Of a stretch of DNA of 64,000 bases, positions 51,314-62,286 are shown piece after piece. Under the pieces are notes generated by a model. The model was not told the origin of the DNA. It made no database searches and saw only the letters and a list, made by a program, of their open reading frames with translations. This stretch comes from an uncultured Planctomycetaceae bacterium. Lineage in GTDB: Bacteria; Planctomycetota; Planctomycetia; Planctomycetales; Planctomycetaceae. How positions within the stretch are numbered: position 1 is the stretch's first letter; the number at the start of each line of letters is the position of its first letter. The position numbers were made by a program, and so were the translations under genes. The stretch is from assembly GCA_963815195.1 (NCBI GenBank), contig CAWFGE010000013.1, positions 1,056,001 through 1,120,000 of the forward strand, in the 5' to 3' direction.

Positions 51314-52957
51314 ATGGCAAGCGTATTCAAACGCAAATACAAGGATTCCCGCACCGGGAAGATGAAAACCACATCCAGATGGCAGGTGGCGTTCAAGGAC
51401 CACAACCGAATCCGCCGGACGTTGCCCGGATTCACCGATAAAACGCTGACCAAGGATCTCGGCCGGAAGCTGGAGCGGCTGGCGGAACGCCGCCGGCTGA
51501 ACCGCGATCCTGATGAAGAACTGGCGGCATGGTTGGAAACGTCCGATGCGAAACTCAAGGCGAAACTCGCGGAATGGGGGATGCTCGATTCCCGATCCGT
51601 GGCCGGGGCAAAGCCTCTCGCGGAACACATCGGCGACTACCGGAAGCATCTGGAAGCGAAGAATAACACCCCCGACCACATCAACCCGACGATCAGCCGG
51701 ATTGAAGCGATTGCCAACGGTTGTGGGTTCCTGTTCATTTCCGACGTTTCCGGCTCCCATGTGGCCGCGTGGTTGAAGGATCAACGGGAAGCCGATGCCT
51801 TCGGCATCTCGACCAGCAACGCCTATCTGACCGCCCTGAAGGGCTTCTGTAATTGGCTGGTGAAGGATCGGCGGGCGAATGAAAACCCCGTCTCGTATCT
51901 GGCCCGGTTGAATGCTGAGACTGACATCCGACGGCAACGGCGTTCGCTCTCGCAAGAAGACTTCGGGCTGCTGATCGAAGCGACCCGCACCGGGGCGGAA
52001 GTCTGCGGGCTCACCAGCCGGGAACGGCAGATGCTCTACCATGTGGCCGCTTACACCGGCCTCCGGGCTTCGGAATTGGCGAGCCTGACGGAACGGTCGT
52101 TTGACCTGGAAGCCGAGCATCCCACGGTCACCGTGGCGGCCGGCTATTCCAAGCACCGGCGGAAAGACACGTTGCCCCTCAATGCGGATTTGGTGGTTTC
52201 GCTGTGGGAGTGGTTCGCCGAGCGGCGGCAAGAAGTGGCCGAAGTTTCCGACATCATCCCCATCGGCAAGCCTTCAGCGGACAAGTTGTGGCCCGGAAAG
52301 TGGGCGAAGAACCGGCATGCGGCCGAGATGCTACGGCACGATCTCAAAGCAGCCCGCACCGCATGGATCGAAGCCAAGGGTATTACCGAAGAGGAACGCC
52401 GGCTGCGGGAGGAATCCGACCGGCTGAAATACCTCGACTTTGATGAACGGCAGTTTGACTTCCACGCGCTCCGCGGGCAATTCGTCACCGAGTTGGGCAG
52501 GGCCGGCGTCAATCTGCAAGACGCCCAAAAGCTGGCCCGGCATTCCGACCCGCGGCTGACCGCGAACCATTACACGCACCTATCGGTTTCCGACCTGTCG
52601 CGTTCTGTGTGCAAACTGCCCGCACTGCCGAAGCCGAAGGAAGCCGCCCAAGCGACCGGGACCGACGGCAAGCCGGCGACCGCTCCGGAAAACTGCAGCG
52701 CCTATGCGCGCCGCCCTGGTGCCGAACAATGCCGCCCTGTGCCGGAATCTGGCAATTCTGGCAATTTGGAGGATTCCGCCCCGGAAAAGCAAAAACCCCC
52801 GAAACCCTCTAAAACAGGGGCTTCGGTGGAATACCCGAGGGGGGACTCGAACCCACACGAGGTTTACCCTCACTGGTCTCCGCATCCAGCGCGGATATCG
52901 GACTCTTCCGGCGAATGGGGGGGGACGCGGATGATTTGTTCGTGTGATGATCAATGA
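51314..52957 (+). CDS. int: Phage-type tyrosine integrase reading through the right att core
   Basis: AGGAG RBS; YTGLRASEL, DFHALR, LARHSD, NHY. Confidence 0.92.
   Translation: MASVFKRKYKDSRTGKMKTTSRWQVAFKDHNRIRRTLPGFTDKTLTKDLGRKLERLAERRRLNRDPDEELAAWLETSDAKLKAKLAEWGMLDSRSVAGAKPLAEHIGDYRKHLEAKNNTPDHINPTISRIEAIANGCGFLFISDVSGSHVAAWLKDQREADAFGISTSNAYLTALKGFCNWLVKDRRANENPVSYLARLNAETDIRRQRRSLSQEDFGLLIEATRTGAEVCGLTSRERQMLYHVAAYTGLRASELASLTERSFDLEAEHPTVTVAAGYSKHRRKDTLPLNADLVVSLWEWFAERRQEVAEVSDIIPIGKPSADKLWPGKWAKNRHAAEMLRHDLKAARTAWIEAKGITEEERRLREESDRLKYLDFDERQFDFHALRGQFVTELGRAGVNLQDAQKLARHSDPRLTANHYTHLSVSDLSRSVCKLPALPKPKEAAQATGTDGKPATAPENCSAYARRPGAEQCRPVPESGNSGNLEDSAPEKQKPPKPSKTGASVEYPRGDSNPHEVYPHWSPHPARISDSSGEWGGTRMICSCDDQ
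52827..52892 (-). pseudogene. 3' part of a long-variable-arm tRNA (Leu-like) inside the integrase ORF
   Basis: CCAG-TGAGGGTAAACCTCGT-GTGGGTTCGAGTCCCCC-CTCGGGTA; no acceptor 5' strand or D-arm; invalid anticodon loop. Confidence 0.7.
52878..52891 (+). other. Right att core
   Basis: Exact match to 37535-37548. Confidence 0.8.
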
Positions 52958-53049
52958 TGGGATTTACCTCCCCACGGGAAGGTGAAAGAGCGCGGACAAG
53001 GTAATTCTTTATCACCGTCGTCGTCGCCCCCTGATTATCCGGAGGAACC
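52901..53049. mobile_element. MITE-like element, copy 1
   Basis: Homologous to 56132-56288; imperfect terminal inverted repeats; internal hairpin. Confidence 0.6.
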
Positions 53050-53050
53050 A

Positions 53051-54464
53051 TTATTCGGTGAGAAACACCGCTTGGACCACGCCGTCGCGGCCGACATTGG
53101 TGACGGGGTTGGCGGAAATTCGCGAGAGCACGCCCCGCGACTGGCCGGCGATCATCGCCAGGCCGACGGTGAGATGGTGATCCATCACGTGGAAACCCTC
53201 GCCATTGGTGACGCGGACGACCGGCAAGCGGGCGGGTTCGGCGTATTCCTGCACCACGGAGGGCAAGTCGGGCCGCACTTCGCAAGCGGCGTTCCATTCG
53301 CCCTCGGTCGCGAACTTGCCCACGACGACGCCGAAGCCTCGGCCTTCGTTGGCGGGCTTGATCACAAACTGCTCGCGGTTGGCCCGCACGTAGGGCAGCA
53401 AGTCCACCGTGCGGCCGTGCCAATCGACTTCGCGATCCGTCAGCCGGGCCGTCCACAGCACATATTCGCGGATGAAGTCTCGCTGCTCGGGCGAGACTTC
53501 CGCGAGGAACGCCGGCGCGGAGCACCTCCAACAAGCCCTTGTCTTCGGCGATGGTGAGCGCGCCCAGGTTGTTCACCGCGACCGCGGAATCCTGGCGGAT
53601 CGCCTCGAGAAATCCCGCATACCGGCTTTCAAAGCCCGGGCTCCAATGGTGCTTCGGGCTGTTCGCTGTGCTGATGCGGATTTTGTTGTACATCAGCGAC
53701 ACCGCCCGGCCGCGCCACACGGCCTCGCTGTTTTCGTGCCGAATGTCGGCGGCATCGATGATCGCGGCGTCCCGCCCGCGCTGGGCAAAGGCCTGGGCGA
53801 TCAATTCCAGTTCGTTCTTCAGGCCGTTCTCATCATTGATTAACCCCACGAGCGCCGGCGAAACATGGGCCCGGGCTTCCATCGCCAGCAGGTCGTCAAT
53901 CAAGGCGGCGGCGGGGATCGTGCCGAATTCTTCGGATTCGAGATTCAAATCCATTCCCGCCGCCCCGCTTGCCCGCAGTTCGGCGAGGGCTTCTTGCGTG
54001 ACGCGGGAAAAATTCTCGGCGTGCAGAAAACCCGCGGGGCAGCCGGTATTGAGTTCCAGAATCCGCACGCTGCCGTCGGCCCGGATCACCGCATCGTAGC
54101 GGCTCACGCCCTGCCAATGGTTCGAGCCCTTGGTCTTTCGCAGCCAAGGCAGCATCCGCAGGTGATCGGGAAAATAGGCCGCGACCCGCTCGGGCGAGTC
54201 GAGCACCCAATCCATGGCCCGTTCGATGATGCCGTGGAGCGTCTCCCCCACCCCGCGCAGCGCCGCCCGCGAATCGGAATCGAGGCAGAGCGCCGAGACG
54301 GCAAACGCCATCACCGTGTCGCCCTCGAACTTCATGCCTTGCTCGGCCAAAGCGTGGGCCGCCGAACGGCTGATGTCGCGGTAGGCCGCCTCGTCCCGGT
54401 GCGCGAACCTCATTAACTCTTTGTGGAGTTGGTGGGTGGCGTCCAAGTTGATGCGGTGAGGCAC
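53051..54464 (-). CDS. Circularly permuted ATP-grasp / glutathionylspermidine-synthase-like ligase (frameshift near 53520)
   Basis: SRYD..ILELNTGCPAG, EDKG; VIKPANEGRGFGV, VVQEY and TNV in the second frame. Confidence 0.7.
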
Positions 54465-54702
54465 CCGGCACCTGCCTTTGTCTGGTGGGCTTCCGTCTCC
54501 GTGATCGTTTGCCCCCGCCAAACTCCCTCGCGGTGCCGATTGCCTCGAAAAGAGGCTTGGCGAATCGGCAAGGCCGGCCGGGGGCGCAATTTCAGGTATG
54601 GAAAATCGGCTCATATCCAGGGTAATGGCCGATTCCCGCGCCGCCCCGACATACCGTGGACGAAAAAAAATAAAATTCTCAAATTCCGTTCCAAAGAGGC
54701 CT

Positions 54703-54860
54703 GAGCCGCGCACGCAGTAAGCGGTTTTGGGTTCTCTGTATCCCTCAAAACCGCTTACTTCGTGGCGGCTCTCTAAAGCCAAATCAGTTTTCTGAGCCGC
54801 ACGCAGTAAGCGGTTTTGGGTTGTCGAATTCCTCAAAACCGCTTACTTCGTGCGCGGCTC
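54703..54860. repeat. Two palindromic REP-like units with 91-bp period
   Basis: GAGCCGC(GC)ACGCAGTAAGCGGTTTTG...CAAAACCGCTTACTTCGTG(C)GCGGCTC at 54703 and 54794. Confidence 0.85.
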
Positions 54861-54897
54861 TTGAAAACCAATCCAATTCAGCGGACGCAGCGTTGGC

Positions 54898-55899
54898 TCA
54901 CTCGGCAAAGGCGGAATCGAATCGCTGTCCGGACGGCTTGAAGTCCACGTTCTTGCAGAACTGGGCGGCTTCCGCGGCCCCGTGTTCGCGGTCCATGCCC
55001 GTGTCTTCCCACTCGACGGACAGCGGGCTGGTTTGGGGATAGCCGATGGTGTTGAGGGCCCGAATGATCTCTCCAAACTTCACACCGCCCCGCCCGACGC
55101 TGCGAAAATCCCAACCCCGGCGGGGATCGCCCCAGGGCAGATGGCTGGCGAGAATTCCCGTGCGGCCGTTGAGCGTGGTCTTGGCGTCCTTCATGTGGAC
55201 GTGGTAGATGCGGTCCGGGAAATAGTAGATGAACTCGACCGGATCGATGCCTTGCCACAACAAATGGCTGGGATCGAAGTTGAAACCGAACTCTTCGCGG
55301 TGGTCTAACGCCTTGAGGGCCCGTTCCGCGCTGTAGATGTCGAAGGCGATTTCGGTGGGATGGACTTCCAGCGCGAATTTGACGCCGCATTCCTGGAACA
55401 CGTCCAGAATCGGATTCCAGCGCTCCGCGAGGAGTTGAAAGCCGGCTTCGATCATCTCCGGCGGCGTGGGCGGGAAATCGTAAAGCAAATGCCAGATGCT
55501 GGAGCCGGTGAAACCATTCACCACATCGACGCCGAGCTTTTGAGCGGCCCGGGCGGTGTTTTTCATTTCTTCGATGGCCCGGTCATTGACGCCCGCGGGA
55601 TCGCCGTCGCCCCAGACGTATTCGGGCAAGATGCCCTGGTGGCGGGCGTCGATGTTGTCGAGCACCCCCTGGCCGACGAGATGGTTCGAGATCGCGAACA
55701 GTTTCAGCCCGTGCCGATCCAGGAGGTCGCGTTTCTTCGCGCAGTAGGTGTCGTCCGAAAGGGCCTTGTCCACTTCGAAGTGGTCGCCCCAGCATGCGAG
55801 TTCCAGGCCGTCGTAGCCGAACTCGACGGCTTTTTTGCAGAGGTCTTCCAGCTTGAGGTTGGCCCATTGGCCGGTAAACAGGGTGACGGGGCGTCCCAT
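54898..55899 (-). CDS. Sugar phosphate isomerase/epimerase (xylose-isomerase-like TIM barrel)
   Basis: [38 protein letters not shown]. Confidence 0.9.
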   Translation of the reverse strand: MGRPVTLFTGQWANLKLEDLCKKAVEFGYDGLELACWGDHFEVDKALSDDTYCAKKRDLLDRHGLKLFAISNHLVGQGVLDNIDARHQGILPEYVWGDGDPAGVNDRAIEEMKNTARAAQKLGVDVVNGFTGSSIWHLLYDFPPTPPEMIEAGFQLLAERWNPILDVFQECGVKFALEVHPTEIAFDIYSAERALKALDHREEFGFNFDPSHLLWQGIDPVEFIYYFPDRIYHVHMKDAKTTLNGRTGILASHLPWGDPRRGWDFRSVGRGGVKFGEIIRALNTIGYPQTSPLSVEWEDTGMDREHGAAEAAQFCKNVDFKPSGQRFDSAFAE

Positions 55900-56131
55900 C
55901 GCACGGTCCTTTCACGTCATGTGGATGTCAGAACAAGGTGCCAGTCGATCGACGATACACGGAAATGAGCCGGAACGTGCTCGCGCCCGGTGGTCTCTGG
56001 GAACCGGGGCTATCGCCCGGCGGCTGATCGATTCTCGGAAAATTTACAGGTTCTTAACCTAGAGCAGCAAATCGCGAAAGTCAACACTGCGGTTTGTTGC
56101 CCTGCGTCCGCGCGGCGGACAAAATAAAATA

Positions 56132-56288
56132 GGCTCTTCCAGCGAATCGGGGGGTGGGCGCGGATGATCTTGTTGTGTGATGACCAATGAATGATGGATT
56201 TCACCTCCCCCTTTTGGGGAGGTGAAAGAGCGCGGACAGGATATGCTTTAACGCCGTCGTCGTTGCTCCCTGATTATCCGGAAGAACC
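56132..56288. mobile_element. MITE-like element, copy 2
   Basis: Ends GGCTCTTCCAGCGAATC and GATTATCCGGAAGAACC; internal hairpin TTTCACCTCCCC..GGGGAGGTGAAA. Confidence 0.6.
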
Positions 56289-56379
56289 ATCAAACACATT
56301 CGACTCGAAGCCCAGAGCGTGCTAACTTGGGGAGAATTGCTATCTGCACGTTGAGCCATGCCGATTTCGGGAGTCTTCT

Positions 56380-59300
56380 ATGGGCCGCATTCTGTTTCTC
56401 GTTGCCTTGGCCGCGAACCTCTTGGCAAATGGTCATGGCGCCCTAGCTCAAGAACCTCCCAAGCCGGACGAGTTTTCTCGGCGGGTGGCGGAACGGGTGC
56501 TGCGTTTGGGCGGACAAGTCGGCGTGATCGCCGAGGACAAAAAGACCGTCATCGCCCGGCGGGTTCAAGATTTGCCGGAAATGAGTTTCGCGGTCACGCG
56601 GATCGACCTGTCAGGCCGCAGCCGAATTACGAACGCCGACCTCGCCGAAATCGCCAAGCTCCCCGAACTCGCGGAACTCAATCTGAGTTACACGCGGATC
56701 ACCGATCAGGGACTGGAAGCGCTCGCTCCGTTGTCTTCGTTAAATCGGCTGTATCTGTCCGAAACGCAAATCACCGACGCCGGTTTACAGCACCTCGCCG
56801 GGCACGCGAAACTGGCAAGCCTGGATCTGTCGGGCACAAACATCACCAAGGCCCCATTGGACGAGTTGGCCAAACTGCCTGGGCTTTCGCGGTTGTTTTT
56901 GAGCCGGACAAAGATCACCGCAGGCGCTGCGGAGTCTCTCGCGAAGTTTCCCAAGCTGTCGGTGCTGCATTTGACGGGCATCCCGTTCGAGGAGGCGAAT
57001 CTGAAGACTCTGAGCGGGCTTTCGGAGCTTAAAGAACTTGCAATCACCGCCGACAACAAGGCTCTCTCCCGTCTGGCGGAGCTGCCGCAGCTCAAGATCC
57101 TCACGGTCCACGGCAGCGGAATTTCGGACGCGGGGCTCGACGCCCTCGCGAAATTGTCGGAACTGGAGCAGTTGAGGCTCAGCCAGACGGCGGTCTCCGA
57201 GCGCGGCGTCCAAGATTTGAAGCGTTCCCTGAAAAACTGCCGGCTCACGGCCCATCCCGTCTCCCGGCAGTCGGCGTTTTTGAATTCCCGGGGACAAGAC
57301 CGCCCCGTCCTCCGCTGGCAGCCGGGCGATGCGAAGTCGGCCTGGAGCGGGATCATTCCGCGTCCCGCCGCGCTCCCCGGCCTTCGCCGTTGGCAGGTGG
57401 AAACGGTGGAGCCGCGCAGCGAAATCTATTCGGTCGATTTCAGCCCCAACGGGCAACGGGTCGCCTGCGGAACCGCGGCCGGGCATGTCCGGATTTATGA
57501 TGCCAACAACCTCGCGCTGTTGAAGTTGATCCCCGCACATCCCGGCGGCGTCAACGCGGTCGCGTGGAGTCCCGACGGCACGCAATTGGCCTCGGCGGGG
57601 GCCGACCGCCTCATTCGCATTTGGAACAGCAGCGGCCGGGAAGAGCGGGTTCTCCGCGGCCATCGGAACATTGTGATGACCGTGGCGTGGAGTCCCAACG
57701 GCGAGTCGCTCGCCTCCGGGAGTTGGGACAACACGGTCCGGCTCTGGAAAGCCGACGGCTCCGCTTCAGAGGAATTCAAGGGACACACGCGGGCCGTGCT
57801 CTCGGTCGCCTGGAACGCCCAGGGAACGCAGATCGCCTCCGGCAGCGAAGACAAAACGATTCGGCTCTGGGATCTTGCGGGCAAAGAACTCCACGTGATG
57901 AAGGGACACACCGAGAGCGTCACGGCCGTCGCGTGGAGTCCCCGCGGATCGCGAATCGCCTCGGGAAGTTGGGACAAGACGATCCGCTTTTGGAACCCCC
58001 GCACGGGCCGCAGCGGCGGACCGGTGCTCGAAGGCCACACTTATCGCATCTTCGGCCTGGAATGGCATCCCGAAGGCACGATGCTCGCCTCCGTCGGCGA
58101 CCGCACGCTCCGGCTGTGGACGCTCGACGGAACGCCCGTCAAAACCGCGAAGACCGAAACCAACGACATTTTCGCGCTGTCGTGGAAACACGACGGCAGC
58201 GAAATCGCCACCGGAACCCGCTTTAGCAGCGTCCTGCGGATCGTCAATGTCAACAGCAACGCGGACCGGGCCATTGGCGAAAACACGAACGGCGGCCCGA
58301 CGGAGCTGGCTTGGAATCCCGACGGCGACCGCATCGCCGCCGGCTGTTGGGATCATACGATTCGCCTCATCTCGGCGGACGGGCGCGCGGGGGCGGTGCT
58401 CAGCGGTCCGACGAACAACGTCCGCACGCTGGCATGGAGCCCCAGCGGCGAGCGGCTCGTCTCCGGCGGCGATGCTCTTTTGCGAATCTGGAACCGCCAG
58501 GGCATCCCCATCGCGGCCGTGAAGGAACATGAAAGAGGCATTCACTCCGTCGCGTGGAGTCCCGACGGCGCGTCCATCGCTTCGGTCAGCGAAGACAGCA
58601 CCGCGCGGATCTGGTCGGCCGACGCCAAGGTGAAAACCGTCATCAAGCTGGACCCGCGCGCAAACTGGTGGCCTGGAGTCCGGACAGTCAACACATCGTC
58701 ACGGCGTCGGAAAACGCCGGGCAGATTTGGAATCGCGACGGCAGCCCCGGTCCCGTGCTCGCGAACCCGCCGAAAGGTCTGGTGTGTCTCGCCTGGAACC
58801 GGAAGCAAAACCAGATCGCCGCCGGCGGCTGGAGCCACGACTTGCAACTTTGGGACGCCGACGGATCGCCAACCGTCACGGAGAAACAGCCGCAAGGGGT
58901 TTTGGATGTGGATTTTTCCTCCGACGGCTCGCGGGTGGCGATGGGCCTGTTTCGCGGAAAACTCGCTCTGGCCGATGCGGAGGGAACCAACAGCCGAATC
59001 GTCGATGTCCACGCGTGTCCGGTGTTTGCCGTGGCCTGGTCGCCCTCGGGACACGAACTCGTTTCGGGCTCTTATGACAACACCCTCCGGTTTTGGGATG
59101 CGAAAACGGTGGAGCCGCGGCGGGTGGTGGTTCTCTTCACCAACGGCAACGCCGCCACGTTCACCCCGGCGGGGCAGTTGGAGCACGGCCAGGTTTCCTC
59201 GCTGGATACGGATTTGATTTACCTCGCCGAGACCGAAGCCAAACCCGGCGAGGTTCAAATGCTCCCGCCCTCGGACTTCGAACGCCTCATCAGCCGCTAG
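56380..59300 (+). CDS. Secreted LRR plus multi-WD40 protein (frameshift near 58660)
   Basis: Signal peptide; L..L.L..T.ITD.GL LRRs; many GH..V..VAWSP.G..ASGS.D repeats. Confidence 0.88.
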
Positions 59301-59321
59301 ATCAGCCGGCAAGAAAGAGGT

Positions 59322-60412
59322 TCAATCCGCCGGTCTGGCGGCTTGGAAGGAACCGAGTTCCGCGAACGTGGCGAAGTCGCAAATCCGGACGATTCCATCG
59401 TATCCCGCCGTGTAGAGCCAGTTTTCGTCCGCGCTGAATCGCTGCACCGAGACCGCATGGGACCGGGCAGGCAACTCGGCGACTTTCTCCATTGTCTCCA
59501 GAGAATACACCGAAACGTTCTTGCTCCAGTCGCTCAAGACCACAAACCGCTCATCGGGTGAAACCTCCATGTGGATCAGTTGCAGTTCGCACAGAGACTC
59601 GCTCCAGCGAACCTTCCCCGTCGCCAGGTCGTGGATCGTGACTTCTCCCAGGATGTCCCCGGAAATCACCTCCCGGCCATGCGCGAGGAACGCGGCGGCG
59701 ACGATGAACGTCGCGCGTTTCTCCAATTCCCTTTCCAATTCCAGATCCGGCACGCGGTAGATCTTGAGGGTCCCCTGTTCGCCAGCGATGAGCAGTCGCG
59801 TCTCGTCGGGCGAGAACCGGAGCACACTCGGGCCCCACCCGTGCATGGGGATTTGCCGAATCATCTCGAACCGGTTGAGATCCCACAGGCAAACCCGGTC
59901 GTCGCTTCCCGTGACCGCCGTCTTGCCGTCGCGGGAAACCGCGGTGGACCGGATATTCCATTGGTGGGCCTTGGATGCAAACAACACCGTATCGGGATCG
60001 CGGGCGTCCAGAATCCTTAGGGAACCGTCCCGGCAGCCGGCCAGAAACCGATCAGAACCCGGCAGCCAGCGGACGCAGTCGGCAAACTCGGCCAAATGGG
60101 GAAACTCGCGGATCAAGAGTCCCGTCCGCGCATCGCGGACGGACACGGTTTTCCGCGACCGAACGAGAATCGCGTTTGCGCGGCCGTTGAGGTGGATATC
60201 GTAAATCGGTTCGGCCAATTGCCGATTTGCGGCTGCGGCGAAGTCTTCCTCTTCGGCGGCGTCCCACGAAAGCGGCGGGAACACGGCACAAACAGCGCCA
60301 TCAACGCGACAGACAATCCGCCCAGCATGCATAGGGCGTGAATCAGTTTTTCGAGCAGTTTCAGCGGAAAGGATTTCGCGTGCCGCCAATCCGGAGAAGT
60401 CGCGGAGACCAT
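59322..60412 (-). CDS. WD40-repeat protein (hydrophobic N-terminus in another frame; frameshift near 60280)
   Basis: FSPDE, VTGSDD, AGYDG motifs. Confidence 0.7.
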
Positions 60413-61252
60413 AAGTTTTCGCCTCTCTAAGTTTCGCCCGATGCCGGGGCGAGGAAATCCTTGGGGGTGTTTCGAACGAAGTTCCGTGTTCTCGTTTCCC
60501 GGCCGGTTTCTTGCCTGACGAAGAAGCCGCTTCTCGGCACGTCCGAGAACACTCGCGACGAAGGAACGTTACGTTTTGAATGTCAAGTTTTTGTGTCCCG
60601 GATGTCAAAATTCGGTGACTTCCGATGGCTCGGAGATTGATCCGCCGCCGGGCGCTATCGAAGCCGGAGGCGAGCGCCTGACCGCTCAGATTTTCAAACA
60701 CAATCATTGCGCGTTCCGCGTGATAGACGCACTTCGATTTGGTTTAGTTTCGTAACAGTTCCGTAACGGCGCTGGGTGACGGCCTCCGCCGCGCACGTTC
60801 AGCCGGGGGAATTGCGGCGGGCTTTGGTCTTGCGGTTCAGTCGGGGGAGAGCGCGGGCGGAGGGCGGCGGCCGGGGCGGGAGGATTTTGACCTATTGACC
60901 AAGCTCTATTCCTTGCTAAGTTGGCGGGATTCCAAGCGCTCGACTGAGAGGTCGATGAAACCGCACTCAGGCAAACTCCGTGCCAAAATTGATCGCGAGC
61001 GGTTTCCCGCACGACAACAGAGAAGGCTCGCCCCCAAACGCCGGGTTTTGCAAGCCTATATTTCAAGGAGTGAGAGAACTTGAGAGCCGATTTACCGCAA
61101 CGTCATCAACCGAGGGCGGCCGGTGCGGTTTCCTTGGGCAGACTCGCAAGGGGGTTGGGCATTTGGCGCCGATTTCGAATGGGAGGCCGCGAGGCGGGAG
61201 ATTGTGTTTTTCCGCCACTGCCTGAAAACCGGCCCTCGAGAGGAACCCGGCG

Positions 61253-62286
61253 TTGAATGTCCACAAAAAAACCATCGCGAAGATCGTGGTCACGCTCATC
61301 GGCATCGCGCTGGTCGCCGGATTCGTGTGGTGGTCCGGCGTCAAGGAGTTGAAAGAAGCCTTCGCAAAAGCCGGTTGGAACTTGGGCTGGGTGGTCCTGT
61401 TTCACTTCGTGCCGGTGACCGTGGAGATGGTCGGCTGGTGGAGTCTGTTTCCGCCGCGGGAACGGCCTCACCTGATCTGGATGTTTTTGTGCCGATGGGT
61501 GGGCGAATCGGTCAACAACACCTTGCCGGTGGCGCAAGTCGGAGGGGACGTGGTCCGCGCCCGGCTCGCGATGGCGCGGGAGCGTCCGCCTCGGAGAGCG
61601 GAGCGGCGACGATCATCGATTACACGTTCGGACTGCTCACGCTGCTCATCGTCGGGCTGGTGGCGCTGGAAATGCTCGTCACCCGCCAGGGCTGGGGCGG
61701 ATGGATGGGCTGGGTGCTCTTGGGCGTGTTCGTGCTGGGAATCCTGCTCATCGGGTTTCTGATCGCGCAGGCGACGGGAAAGATGTTCGGCCGGCTCCGC
61801 GAACTCGTCAAGAAAGTTTTGGAGAAGATTTCCAGCCGAGCGCTCCAGGCCCTGCCCGGCGGGGCGCACCGATTCGACGAACGGCTCGTGGCCCTTTACC
61901 GCGACCATTGGGGCCGATTGGCGGTCGACGCGTTTTGCCGAAGCGCATCCTGGATCGTAGGCTCCGTGGAGATTCTGTTGGCCCTCATGTTTCTGGACGC
62001 ATCGGCGACGAGCCTCGAAGACGCCTTCATCCTGCATGCGATGTCGATGCTCGTCCGCAGCGTGGCCTTTTTCCTGCCGGGCGGGTTGGGCGCTCAGGAA
62101 GGGAGCTTTGTGCTCGTGGGTGAAGTTTTGGGCATGTCGCAATCGACGGCCTTGGCGCTCGGCCTCATTCGCCGGGCGCGAGAAATCCTGCTGGGACTGC
62201 CCGGCCTCGCCGTGTGGTGGTTCATGGAACGCCGCCAAAACACGAAGGCCGATTCGGACGCCGAATCAACGCCATCGGCCCGATGA
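61253..62286 (+). CDS. Lysylphosphatidylglycerol-synthase-TM / HpnL-like flippase (frameshift near 61590)
   Basis: GESVNNTLPVAQVGGD, FFLPGGLGAQEG, RRARE. Confidence 0.75.

Larger units (their letters stand above)
37535..52891. mobile_element. Integrated phage-satellite-like element (~15.4 kb)
   Basis: 14-bp direct repeat CTCCGCATCCAGCG at 37535-37548 and 52878-52891; integrase, replication genes, AlpA, XRE, TMP and HNH inside. Confidence 0.85.

Noticed and set aside
37535..52891. Complete prophage
   Set aside because: No recognisable capsid, portal, large terminase, tail tube or lysis genes
52827..52915. Intact tRNA or tmRNA gene
   Set aside because: No 5' acceptor strand or D-arm and no U33; the adjacent sequence is a repeat also found at 56132
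52809..54836. 675-aa ORF as a single real protein
   Set aside because: Its N-terminus runs through REP repeats and its C-terminus through the MITE and att site; the true C-terminus is in ORF 53051-53461
60960..61030. c-di-GMP-I riboswitch (GGCAAAC seed)
   Set aside because: Lacks the GNRA-loop P2 and the downstream GCAAAGC/P3 elements
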